Assembly: GCA_964187785.1 (NCBI GenBank)
Contig: OZ076414.1
Coordinates: 38,192,001-38,256,000, forward strand
Reading direction: 5' to 3'
DNA: 64,000 bases
Source of the DNA: Amphiscolops sp. MND2022
Lineage: Eukaryota
Below are positions 1 to 9,730 of the stretch, in pieces; the stretch's first letter is position 1, and every line of letters begins with the position of its first letter. The translations under genes were made by a program, and so were the position numbers. The notes beneath the pieces were generated by a model. That model had not been told where the DNA came from. It saw nothing but the letters and a program-made list of their open reading frames with translations, and did not search any database.

Positions 1-2
1 GG

Positions 3-392
3 AATAGGTGCAAACACTGGGTCAGGATAGGCTTGTGTTGCTTTGATTTGCACTTGTACGAGGAAGTCTTCTGGGCTACCAGTTTTGTGATCAAATTTCA
101 AGTTATGTAGTTGTAGTTTGTGTAATTCTCGAAGATTTGGGTTACAATAGTGGTTGCGCAGAGCTGTAATAGCTGCATCGAAGTTATCTCTTGTAGCTTG
201 TGGTAATGTTCTAAAGAATTGTAGGGCTTGGTCTAGTAGGTGTAGTTGCAGGAATTGTGGTCGGTTTGCCGCTGGGATGTTTCCCACATTGATCAAGCTT
301 CTGAGTAGACTCTCGAAATCTGGCCAATTTTCATCTGGTTTTCCGCGGAATGGGTTGAGTGTGATGTGTGGTTGAGGGTTTGCAGCTGCCAT
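3..392 (-). CDS. Gag N-terminus of a Ty3/Gypsy LTR retrotransposon; the ORF runs off the left edge of the window
   Basis: Open frame from ATG at 392: MAAANPQPHITLNPFRGKPDENWPDFESLLRSL...LQLHLLDQALQFFRTLP...FDAAITALRNHY, a typical retrotransposon Gag pattern. It starts ~20 nt after a PBS-like site. Absent from the ORF track because no stop falls inside the window. Confidence 0.8.
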   Translation of the reverse strand, partial: MAAANPQPHITLNPFRGKPDENWPDFESLLRSLINVGNIPAANRPQFLQLHLLDQALQFFRTLPQATRDNFDAAITALRNHYCNPNLRELHKLQLHNLKFDHKTGSPEDFLVQVQIKATQAYPDPVFAPI

Positions 393-422
393 TGTCTTTT
401 CCTCACTTCCTCCTTGTCACCA

Positions 423-867
423 TGTAAAATTCTAGGGGTTCTCCAGTTTTGAGGTCTCTTTTGCTTTAGGTTTCTTCAGAGCGGGGCGTGAGGAAGGCTT
501 TACAGAAAATACTTTATTGTCGATGCTTTACAGTCAACTATTCAATAGAAGCCCAAAATTTCTTGTCCTCGAATTATGGTCATCAATGTTTTATTTTCTT
601 CACATTATTGTTTCCTGTCATGCGGAAATTAACCAATATATTTCTATTAAAAACTGCCCATGCGTGTATTTAGAGGGTGGGTCGTAATATAATTTTTATT
701 TCTTTTTTTTGTTCGTGAAATTACTATTTGCATTCCGGTGTGGGTTGTTTTATTAAGATTAAATAATCATAGCTCCAATTTGGGGTCAAATTAATCAGTG
801 AGGGTTTATTAATTAGCTTCACAAAATCACAAAATTTAATACCTTCTAATATTCAAAGAATATTACA
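423..867 (-). mobile_element. Putative 5' LTR (~445 bp) of the left-edge Gypsy element, with PBS at 411-422
   Basis: Termini TGTAA...TTACA. On the minus strand the LTR end is followed immediately by TGGTGACAAGGA (tRNA-CCA-complementary PBS pattern) and then the Gag ATG. AATAAA on the minus strand near 515. The second LTR is outside the window, so the outer boundary is inferred. Confidence 0.6.
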
Positions 868-1010
868 CAGCTCGTCTAGTTCGCCCTCATCGCAATCATC
901 GTCTTTTTCATTGCCCCCTTCTACATCGCCGACCGTTCTCAGCGCTTCTACGTCTCAGAACTTGCAACTAAAAGTATTCCTGGGCAAACCGAAGATAAAC
1001 AAGGAGAACT

Positions 1011-1358
1011 TTGAGATTCTTGTTCAAAGTAGTACCCGTGGTAACGAACACCAAAACCTACGAGGGCTCGCGGTTCTGGGTAGCCAGGGCAGTAGGTGAC
1101 CGGCAAAGTCAAATTGGGATTGGCGAACACGTGGCCAAAACGGAAACCATAGCGAGGAAAAGAGCTGAAAAGAAAACTTTTCGGAGCATCAAGAGGATCG
1201 ACCTCTTCGAGGAAAGGACCCTGAAATCTTGTGTCACTGTCTGGTCGGGTGGCACATGTCGTACAATTTCTTCTGCTCGCAGAGGAACAGGAGTGGTTTC
1301 AACATCAGGGATGATCAGGAAAATGTTACAGCTGGCTGGCGTCAAAGACTTCCAGTAA
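1011..1358 (+). pseudogene. Highly diverged ribosomal protein uS5 (RPS2/S5)-like reading frame, probably disrupted
   Basis: Ordered uS5-like motifs KVVPV..T, RF...AVGD...IGIG, RRGTGVV, MLQLAGVKD. No ATG (TTG start), with an in-frame stop just upstream (996-998) and a stop right after AGVKDFQ. Confidence 0.55.
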
Positions 1359-1814
1359 CGAATGCCTGGGATAAGCTAACACCTGTGCTATGGCATTCTC
1401 TAAAATGAGTACTACGAATCCAAAACATTTTATTATTTTTGATTTGCACTGTTTTAGGAGGGCATACAAGGATTCAAGTTTTCTCTAGATTTATAGCTGT
1501 GTTTTCGAAATTTTCTTACTTGATTACTTTCATTCACTTCAGTGAATTTGTTTGTTGTTTGTTTTTGATCCTTTTTCATTTCAGCTCTCAAGTCACCACT
1601 ATGGTGTGTTTGACAAGTGTTGATTGCTGTCGTCAACCGGCAAAGAGTCTCGCTTACGATGTACTTAGTACCAGGTGGACCCACTGCGGCAATGTCAAAA
1701 CTTTCATAACTAGGCAAACTTCCCCCTTGGAGTTTTCAATCCTTCATCGTTCTCATTCATTCCATGCACGGAAAATTCTTTTGTCAAAATCCTATTTTGT
1801 CCCATCATAAATTA

Positions 1815-2545
1815 GAGACTGTATAACAAACGTTACACTGCATACATCTTATATATGCTTACGTTTATCATATCTAGGATAGTTTTGGCAAGAGTATGCT
1901 TCTGTATAAAGAAAGATAGACTGCATATATCCTGTATATGCTTGTGTATATTCAATCTTTAGGAATTTTGGCATGTAGTATGCTTCTGTATAAGAAAAGT
2001 AGACTGCTTAAATCTTATGTATGCTTAAGTATGATCAATCTTAGACTAATTTGGCCTACAGTATGCTACTGTATAGTGAAAGATAGACTGCATATACCTT
2101 GCATATAGTTACATACACTCAGTCTTAGACTACTTTGAAATGTAGTTTGGAACTGTATAATGAAAGATAGACTGCATATACATTGTATATACTTACATAT
2201 ATTCAACCATAGACTATTTTCGCATGTAGTATGCTACTGTATAAGATAAAATGAATATATCCCATATATGCTTACATATATCAAGTCTTGGACAGTTTAG
2301 GCCTACAGCATGCTTCAGTATGATGAAAGATAGACTGCGGATACCCTGTATATACTTATATATACTCAATCTTAGACCATTTTGACATGCAGTATGGTAC
2401 TGTATAATGAAAGATAGACTTCATATACCCTGTGTATACGTACTTATATTCAACCTTAGACTTTTTAGGCATGTAGTATGCTACTTTATAAGAAACATAG
2501 ACTGCCTAAATTATATGTATGCTTACGTATGATCCGTTTTAGATG
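1815..2545. repeat. Diverged tandem repeat: 84-bp higher-order unit made of two 42-bp subunits, ~8.5 units
   Basis: TAGAC(T) anchors at 1917, 2000, 2042, 2084, 2126, 2168, 2210, 2331, 2373, 2415, 2457 and 2498; alternate anchors are followed by GCATAT-like or A/T-rich TTTT-like sequence. Confidence 0.9.
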
Positions 2546-2729
2546 GTTTTGATTGACTGTCCATTCAGACGTTTCACTTGTCAATCTGATTTGCAGTTAC
2601 TCAGCCTACGAATTTGAAGCAAAAACTGATTTCTTGCAAAACTTTTGAAGCCACTCAAAGTAGAATATCGCAACACAAAGGTACGTGAGCATTCATGAAC
2701 AATAAGTTAGATGATTAGTTAGGAAGTTT

Positions 2730-3228
2730 TCATTCGCTGCCGCTTTCCAAATCAATCACCGATTCTGGCCTTTTTCTTCTCTTTTTCGGTTCCTCGTTGC
2801 TTTCAATGTTCACATATCGTTCGATTTCAGACAACAAGTTTCTCTCCTCCTCTGTATACTTCGCAATAACTTGAATATCACTTGGATGGCTGCTTCGGGG
2901 GGTGCCTGGTGAACCCCTTCTTTCATCGTCATCGCAAGATAGAATAAAGCTTTCTAGATCAACATCTTCCGCTTCGTCATCTATGAAAGGATTCCGGTGT
3001 CTAAGCGATTGATCGTCATCAGACTGATCCAAGTCTGCTAAACAGTTGTTAAGTTCTCCTTCCTAATAGCTTCTCTGGTGGTGACCAGTGTAACATCTGA
3101 TCGTACGTGTTATTAGCCACGATTGGACTTCCAGAGCACTGCTCGTTACTTTCTTCATCAATGATTGGCAACCACCCCAATGACTGAAATCCACTCCACG
3201 AGGGACTGGGAGGCGTTGAGTCTTCTCC
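2730..3228 (-). pseudogene. Acidic/Ser-Pro-rich C-terminal extension or downstream ORF of Polinton pPolB
   Basis: The PolB frame continues past the TAA at 3229-3231 (GEDSTPPSPSWSGF...). ORF 2730-3032 follows, with NPFIDDEAE and a basic KKRRKR NLS-like motif. Confidence 0.4.
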
Positions 3229-5020
3229 TTAATCGTCATCGTCCAGAATGTCTTGGAGAACAGCTTTGTCTCTAAATTCACAATGTCTCAATGGTAAGCA
3301 CGTCATACCGTTTTCTTCAATGTATCTCTTGTAATCGAAGCAACTGAGTGATACCTTGTTTGTACTGATTGTCTGCAGTTTGTGGTTCACTGAGCCAATT
3401 CGAGTGCTGAGCGTTTTGAATGATTGACCTGTGAGCAGAACCTGACTGTACAGTTCATGCTTTAGTTTTCTTTGAGCTGATTGCGTACCTCCTTTGGCTG
3501 AGTTTTTCTTTGCCCCCTGAGCGAATGCAATACATTTTGGGCTTCAACCCAATAAATTCTTGCATCGGAACTCCCCCAAACTCATCCTTGAACTTGAGTG
3601 TTACTAGTTTTTGAGATACTGTACAATCTATGGGTTTCAGGGTAGTTTGACAAATCAAAATGATGCCTCAGCTGGTCACTGGCCTCGCGTTCTTTGTAAA
3701 AGTCTTTTCCTTTCATTTCCTATAGTAACAAATCCGTATGCGAATGTAACAAACGGCAATCGAAATCCTTTTTCATCACGTTATAGTGAAAGTCGCACAT
3801 GTGGCACTTTGGCAGATCAAGGATGGTAGCGCCCACAATAGTTGGCTTGTTCCACAAAATCATTCGCTTCCTCAGAATCAGAGCTGTCAAGTACTCATCG
3901 AATATTTTAAAATCTTGGAATTAGTGGCTAGAAGTTCGCTTCTTCACCTCTTCTTCTGTGTGCAAAAGATGCAAGTTTCCACGCTTCCGTTTACTTTCCA
4001 GTGTTTTTCCCTAACAACTGTTATTCATGAGCTTGTAGAAACGATCTTCAAATTTGTTTTTGGCTTCTTGACGCTTCAAAGAATTCAGCTGAAAGTATGG
4101 CTCCAACCATTTCTCCTGATGAAAGTGTAGTACTCTATGAACTTTTGCGACTTTCAGTCCGAGACTGACATACAACTTGAGAGTGATATATTGCACTGTA
4201 GTTTGTCTGGTCAGACAGCGTCTGGGCCAATTTCCTTGTTTTGCTGCTTGAAATTTTTCCATTATTCCTCCATAAGGTTGTTGGCGTCAACCAGTAATCC
4301 ATAATTTTCCTCTTGAGTGGAATCCTAGTTGTCGAAAAATTTATTCTTACACTTGAGATGGCGCTTTTCGTAAACTGAAGATACTTCCACGCGTATCATG
4401 TTTTCAAACATCTCTATGTGTTCTCTTTCGGTGGCTAGACAAAGGTATGCTTTGCAAGTCCGAAGGAAAGCATCGCCTGACAAATGTGAGCTCGATTAGT
4501 ATTGTATACTGTCAAATTTGAACGTTTCGTGGCACAATCTTCTGAATTGTTGCACTAGCTAGAAGTGTGTCTGTTTTCAAATACAGGTCATGATAGTCGC
4601 CTGGGGTTTCATAACCAAATGATATAAGTCGTAGTTTGTTAAGTTGTGTGCAACGGCGGGAATGAACTTTAGCGTCTTACTCTTTAGATTGTATTCATTG
4701 TGAGCAAGTCCCAGAAATTTTCCACTGTAATGGTCCAACGCTTTAGCTTCTTCCCCAAAGGGTGTTTCACAAATCCAGCAATCAATTGTTTCATGAGGGT
4801 CTATCGATGCTTCTCCAGTGAAGTACCTTTGAGTCTGTTTCCTCTGATGAAGTTCTTGGGCATGGTTTCTAGAGCTTTCACCAGCTTTACGATGCAGTCT
4901 TGTGATCTCTCGAGTTGTACAAAAAGTGGTTTAGTGTTTCGGTGATCCACGCCCACCAAACAAAATCCGCATGGCTCGTGTAGTTCGAGAGTCCGGGTGT
5001 TTTGCATTTTCTGACAACAT
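3229..5020 (-). pseudogene. Protein-primed DNA polymerase B (Polinton type), N-terminally truncated and frameshifted
   Basis: Motifs HEPCGFCLV, DHFTGKFLGLAHNECNL, AHNLTNYDL, LKLYVSLGLKV..VHRVL.F.Q..WLEPY, FYKLMNNS, KFKDEFGG.PMQEFIGLKPKMY are spread over several frames. Confidence 0.92.
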
Positions 5021-6102
5021 TGAGTCATGTCAAGTACCATGAAATAGTGATGCGTAAACATAGTGAACTGTATTCCATGTCCGTGAGGACCAAAAGCTAG
5101 CGCCTCAAGCGAATTTGTGTACAGTTTCTTGTCGTCATCAGTTTGCAATAGGGTACCAACAACTGGGTAACCATTACGGTAAACAGTTATTGTTGCAAGG
5201 TTGAACTTTTGAAAATGGAATGGATTGAGCGTTTTACCACCCAGGCATGCTGTTGGATGTCATTGCAATGGCAAATACGCGCATGGGTTCGCCGTTGAAA
5301 ATGCTCTCTTGGTCCCAACTGTTACAGTTTTGCGGCATCGAAAACGACTTGGGAATTAATTCTGTACAGCGATACATTGCATTGGTTTGCGTAAGAGCTG
5401 TTTCAATGACTGTTTATAAATTCTCAGATACTGTCATTTTGCGCACATGTAAATTGGCTTGTGTAATTTCAACTTTATAGTCTTTGGCATCATCGTCATA
5501 TATAACCCGGAAATCTGGTCTTGTTCCACTGAGCAAATGTTTGTCAAACGTGAAGAAGTCGGCGGCAACTTTTCAAATTAGGGTAATTGTATTTGAAGTT
5601 CGCGTCTCCTGCTCCCTGGTGATGAATGCTAGTGAAATCATACGGATCTTCTTCATAGTTGTAACGTTGACATTTCAGCCAGGTGTCTTTACTCTGTTTG
5701 TTGTTAATTCTGTTTCCAGGAACGCTTTTGTTGCATAATATCCATTTGCAGAGGATATTCTCACCTCAGTCGCAACAATATTGCAATCCGAAAAGAGAGA
5801 ATGCGAAGCATTGTTTACAAATATTGGTGAATCAGTGTTTGCAGCACTCGTTGCATCATACGGCAAAGCATTGCCATTCCTGCGCTTGATATTACACATG
5901 CTTCCAGATGAATGTTTTGCAAATCAATAAAAGTGGTTCGATCATGTCACCACAAATTCCAAATCCAAAGTTGGTCCATTGTGGGCATAGAGAGGTCCAA
6001 TTCTTGTTTAAATGAGGAATCGAATGTAATCAAGAGTAGAGCTCTTTCCAAAATATCTAAAAAACTGTGAGACGCTTCAACGGGTAAAACGTTAGGCAAC
6101 AT
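5021..6102 (-). pseudogene. Polinton major capsid protein (double jelly-roll), C-terminally truncated
   Basis: ATG at 6102 (MLPNVLPVEASHSFLD...), then DRTTFIDLQNI, FVNNASHSLFSDC...ISSANGYYATKAFLETEL, ITQANLHVRKMTVS, NPFHFQKFNL, GHGI...YFMVLDMT. These match the Polinton MCP pattern. Confidence 0.85.
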
Positions 6103-6164
6103 TTCTCACTTCTGAAAAGAAATTGGATTGACTACTCGCTGACTTTCTTTTTCGTTTAATGACT

Positions 6165-6450
6165 CATTCTTTTTGCGATCCCTCAATCTGTTTCTTTATT
6201 GTTTTTCTATTGGCTGACTTTGCTGCTTTTTTAGAAGACTTCTTTCTGGAGACAACTTCTACCAATTCTGGTAGAGTGTTTGCTATCACGTCTTAACTAA
6301 TTGATTCGACTATGGGCAGTAGAAACTTTTTCGCGAATGGTAATGCAACGCGACGAACTCCTGCCGGCAAGAAACCGATGCCACTTCCACGTTGACGGGA
6401 ATAGCCAGTAAAATGAGGTAAAACAGCTTGGCGGGTAAAATATGCATCCA
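6165..6450 (-). pseudogene. Small basic Polinton ORF with QRGxGIG motif (putative core or membrane-active protein)
   Basis: DAYFTRQAVLPHFTGYSRQRGSGIGFLPAGVRRVALPFAKKFLLP, followed by a Lys-rich tail; one internal stop. It lies between the minor and major capsid genes. Confidence 0.6.
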
Positions 6451-6452
6451 GT

Positions 6453-7303
6453 ATCAAAATTTTCGAGATGTCAGAGTCAAATCAACCCTTCCAGTGCCAA
6501 CAAATGGTACTCTTCGCCCTGGGACTGATATCAACTATATTTGAATCTCTTGAATCGTTGTAGTTATCAACTTTTTAAACTGCATTTCGGTGAAGATCTT
6601 GTGGTATATAACTGAAGTTTTGAGTTTGTCTTCAAAATTTCGCCGTGAATTGTCGATAATGCGAAGTAAAGGCGACTTTACTCCAGCAACGTTTTGTTGT
6701 TCAATGATGTTCAAGTTATCAGAAAAACATGGACGTAGCAGCTGTTAGATCAGGCAGATAGATGTTTTTGATTGGCTGTTGCATTCTAATCACTTTTTGT
6801 TTGCTTCCAATATAGACCCTCCTCGATTCGGATCTGGCATTCCTTCTATACTCGAGACGTCGAAAAGGCTCCAATCTCGGACACTTATACCAAATCCATG
6901 AGTGAAGTTGAGTTCAATGTTGTTGTCCTCGAAAAACGTAGAGGTTAGAGGTTTTTTAGTTTCAGTTCCCTTTTCGTTTCTTGAGAACACTTTTGATAGT
7001 AAAATACTCTCCTTCCTCAAATTCGGCATTTTCAGACCAATCCTCATGTCTCAATACTACACTTGCTCCATCTCCCCTCATGGTCACAGGCGTGCTGTCA
7101 TATGGAGTTTTAGGAGTGTAAATCATGTCAGTTGTCGTGATGTTTTTTACTTTGGTTGGGTGAATGATCTCAGCCAGAGTTACTCTCCAATCATCTTCCA
7201 AGTTGATTGGATGAGCCAGCAAGTTTCTAAAGACGGAAATTGTGCTATCTTTGTAAATAATCATAGAGACTGTCGACTCGAGATAAACGTCAAACTCGTC
7301 CAT
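6453..7303 (-). pseudogene. Polinton minor capsid (penton-like) protein
   Basis: N-terminus MDEFDVYLES..SM.IYKDSTISVFRNLLAHPINLEDDWRVTLAEIIHP; C-terminus IIEQQNVAGVKSPLLRII...HKIFTEMQFKKL...VPFVGTGRV.LTL. Frameshifted in the middle. Confidence 0.82.
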
Positions 7304-8184
7304 CTGTCTTGGTCAATTCTGGCTCGTGAAATTTGCCCTAGATATTTTCACCGTCAGCGTCGTTCAGGTTGTATGTGGGTGGAGTGAATCTTGCAATGCT
7401 TCTGATAATAACTATGTCGTCAGTGAAATTTGGTTTGTACCCTTTTTTGAATGGTAAATCTTGCTTGGCTATCCGAACTGTCTCCAACTTGCAATCGAGG
7501 TTTTTTTTACCAATTTAGCTGATTTTTCTGCTGCAAGAGATCGTAACAGAGGTACGTGTTTTTTGCTAACTTTATTTGGCGCCAACTTTGTCACACGATT
7601 AACAGGCGAGTTGATGGTGTCAACAATTTGGCTCAACTTGTTGATGTAAAGGTAAAACCATTTGTGTTCCAAATGTTCAAAAAAAATGTTTTTGAGCAAC
7701 CTAATGTTCCTTTCAGCGTAAGCTGACTTGGTTTGACTTTGAGTTGTGTACGTGTCAATTCCTTCTTGATCGCAAAGAATATTGAAGGATCCTTTGAAGT
7801 CTGTTCCTTTATCCGTCCAAACTTTTTGCGGCTTTTGTTTTTGATTCTTTTTTCTGAAGGTTCGAGCTGTTTCCTCGGGGCTCTTTGGCCTCATTGGCGA
7901 AACTCGGAGATATCGTGACAAAACATCGTTAATATCGTAAGCAATTACTTTGAGACGATGAAAGTTTCTCCGAACTTCTCTATATTTCGTGTGGGCACTC
8001 TTTGTCTGCAAAAAGTTCTATTTTTCCTTGATACGTTTGTTGCTTTTTGTAGGTTGTCGATACTTCCACATGCCGCATTGTCATTAGTGTAAAATTGTTC
8101 CAACACACTCAAATCATTCTGAGAGACATTCCTAGCCTTTCTCAATTTGTTCTTTTTCAGAATCTTCGCTAGGCTTCTGCTCAT
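7290..8184 (-). pseudogene. Polinton retroviral-like integrase (rve) with C-terminal SH3/chromo-like region
   Basis: LEQFYTNDNAACGSIDNL, VRRNFHRLKVIAYDIN, DVLSRYL, WTDKGTDF, KSAYAERNIR, KGYKPNFTDD and GKFHEPEL; contains frameshifts. Confidence 0.9.
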
Positions 8185-8189
8185 CCTGC

Positions 8190-8950
8190 CGTTTCACTTT
8201 TTTCATACAGGTTTTGGGCTTTTTGGATTCAAAACTGTTCTGGGTCATTTTGGCTCTACAATCTGCTTTGCTTCGGTATTTCCCACCAATTAGGGTGATA
8301 TGTCTCGTCTATCTAGTTTTCCTTTATAGTCGGGTTTATAGACGGGAGAGGAAAGACCGGACCGGGCTTTGTCGAATATCAAAAAGGAAGGTGTTTGCAT
8401 GCACAGCGGTTGTTCGGTCATCAATCTTAACTTTACCATCATCGTCAATTGAAATTTTGTCGCTGCTGGTAATTTTGTCCAACATCGACTTTGTCTATGC
8501 TCAAACCCTCAAAGAAATAAAAATCAATGATTTGAGTACTCTAGTTTCAATGTCTTCTGGCTTGGTTTCAGTTTATAATACAGTCTCTGGTTTCGTTTTC
8601 CTGCCAGGTTCACGTTGGAGGATAGTCAAAAGTTTCGCCTTTTCAACAGCTGTTGGTTCATCAAACACATCCAATGCTCTTGGTTGTCTCTTGATGTAAC
8701 TGTCTTCAGGAATCAGTATAAATTCTTGAGCTCTCATTCTGTCAAATAACAATAACAGGATTCATCAATCTCATGCATTGACCTAATTCCCTTTGTTGTA
8801 GAAAAAACTTATCGTCGCTTCTGTCGGCTGCTTGAATGATTACACAAAAATTTCAATTCCTTCTCGAAAGGGAACGATTTTTCAACTGGGAATTGAGTGT
8901 TTCCATTAATAATGTAACAGCGCACTCACACAGAAACATGATTGTGTTGT
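8190..8950 (-). pseudogene. Two decayed Polinton accessory ORFs between the ATPase and the integrase
   Basis: Interrupted minus-strand frames (FLCECAVTLL...; FILIPEDSYIKRQP...LDKITSSDKISIDDDGKVKID) are co-oriented with the core genes; no known domain recognised. Confidence 0.45.
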
Positions 8951-8958
8951 AAATGCAG

Positions 8959-9675
8959 CTATGCAAAGTTTTTTGCAAATGTTTGCTTTTCTTGGTTTTC
9001 TGCCAATGCTTCAGTATATGCAAGTTTTTCCCGTTCATTCGTAAGAGGTGTTTCTTTAGCTAATGACGGTGGAATGTAAAAGTCAGTTGGCCCCAGTCCC
9101 ACAATGTTGGAGCAATAACGAAAAGAGTCACTTGTTCGTGGGTCAAAATCAATCATGAAATGACCGAAAGGTTCAATTGTGGCCATTTTATAGCAATCTC
9201 GAATAAACTCGGTATTGTTCATCTGTCTACCAAAAACTTCTTGAACATCCCGTGGTGCTTTGAAGAGAATAATAAGGGTGGTGTTGATATCAATTGTGCG
9301 TGACCACTTGCTCTGGTGAAACAAATTATTTTTGACAAAAATGCATTTCACCTCTTGATGTCGGCCAGAGACTGCAAGTTTCACAAACTCCTTCTCCTGA
9401 TAGATCGCTTCGCAAGAGTCATCAAAAACCAGCAAACAACTTTCAAGGTTTTTAATCATTTCAAACTCTAAGCACGGTAGAAATTCTATATCTTCAATCT
9501 TGTCTGGAATTTCTTTACACAGATGTTGGTACTCCCAAATAGTAAGTTTTTCCGAGAGTTCGTTTGAATGTCGTTGGTGAGACAAGCATTTGGAAAGCAG
9601 TCGAATTTTACCGGAACCGCTTGGTCCTGCCACTGACATGAAGAGTCGGTCGTTTGTGAAAATAATTTTGTTCAT
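8959..9675 (-). CDS. A32/FtsK-like genome-packaging ATPase of the Polinton
   Basis: Open frame from ATG at 9675: Walker A GPSGSGK(I), Walker B LLVFDD, SGRH, NLFHQSK.SRTIDIN, FGHFMIDFDPRT. The GKT-to-GKI change and short in-frame gaps suggest decay. Confidence 0.9.
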   Translation of the reverse strand: MNKIIFTNDRLFMSVAGPSGSGKIRLLSKCLSHQRHSNELSEKLTIWEYQHLCKEIPDKIEDIEFLPCLEFEMIKNLESCLLVFDDSCEAIYQEKEFVKLAVSGRHQEVKCIFVKNNLFHQSKWSRTIDINTTLIILFKAPRDVQEVFGRQMNNTEFIRDCYKMATIEPFGHFMIDFDPRTSDSFRYCSNIVGLGPTDFYIPPSLAKETPLTNEREKLAYTEALAENQEKQTFAKNFA

Positions 9676-9730
9676 AGTTTTGGGTTTGGTAGTGCGTAAC
9701 CGATAACAGACCCACCCAAAACGACATGTC

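Noticed and set aside
1454-1717. ORF with PGTKYIVSETLCRL resembling the end of a Gypsy RNase H (PG..N.VADALSRL)
   Set aside because: Single weak motif with no upstream RT/RH motifs; not enough support.
1815-2545. Minus-strand frame of the satellite that stays in register, with recurring TAA/TAG codons (possible ciliate-type code)
   Set aside because: PNPLA, Gag and LINE ORFs in this window use standard stops, and an 84-bp period preserves frame automatically.
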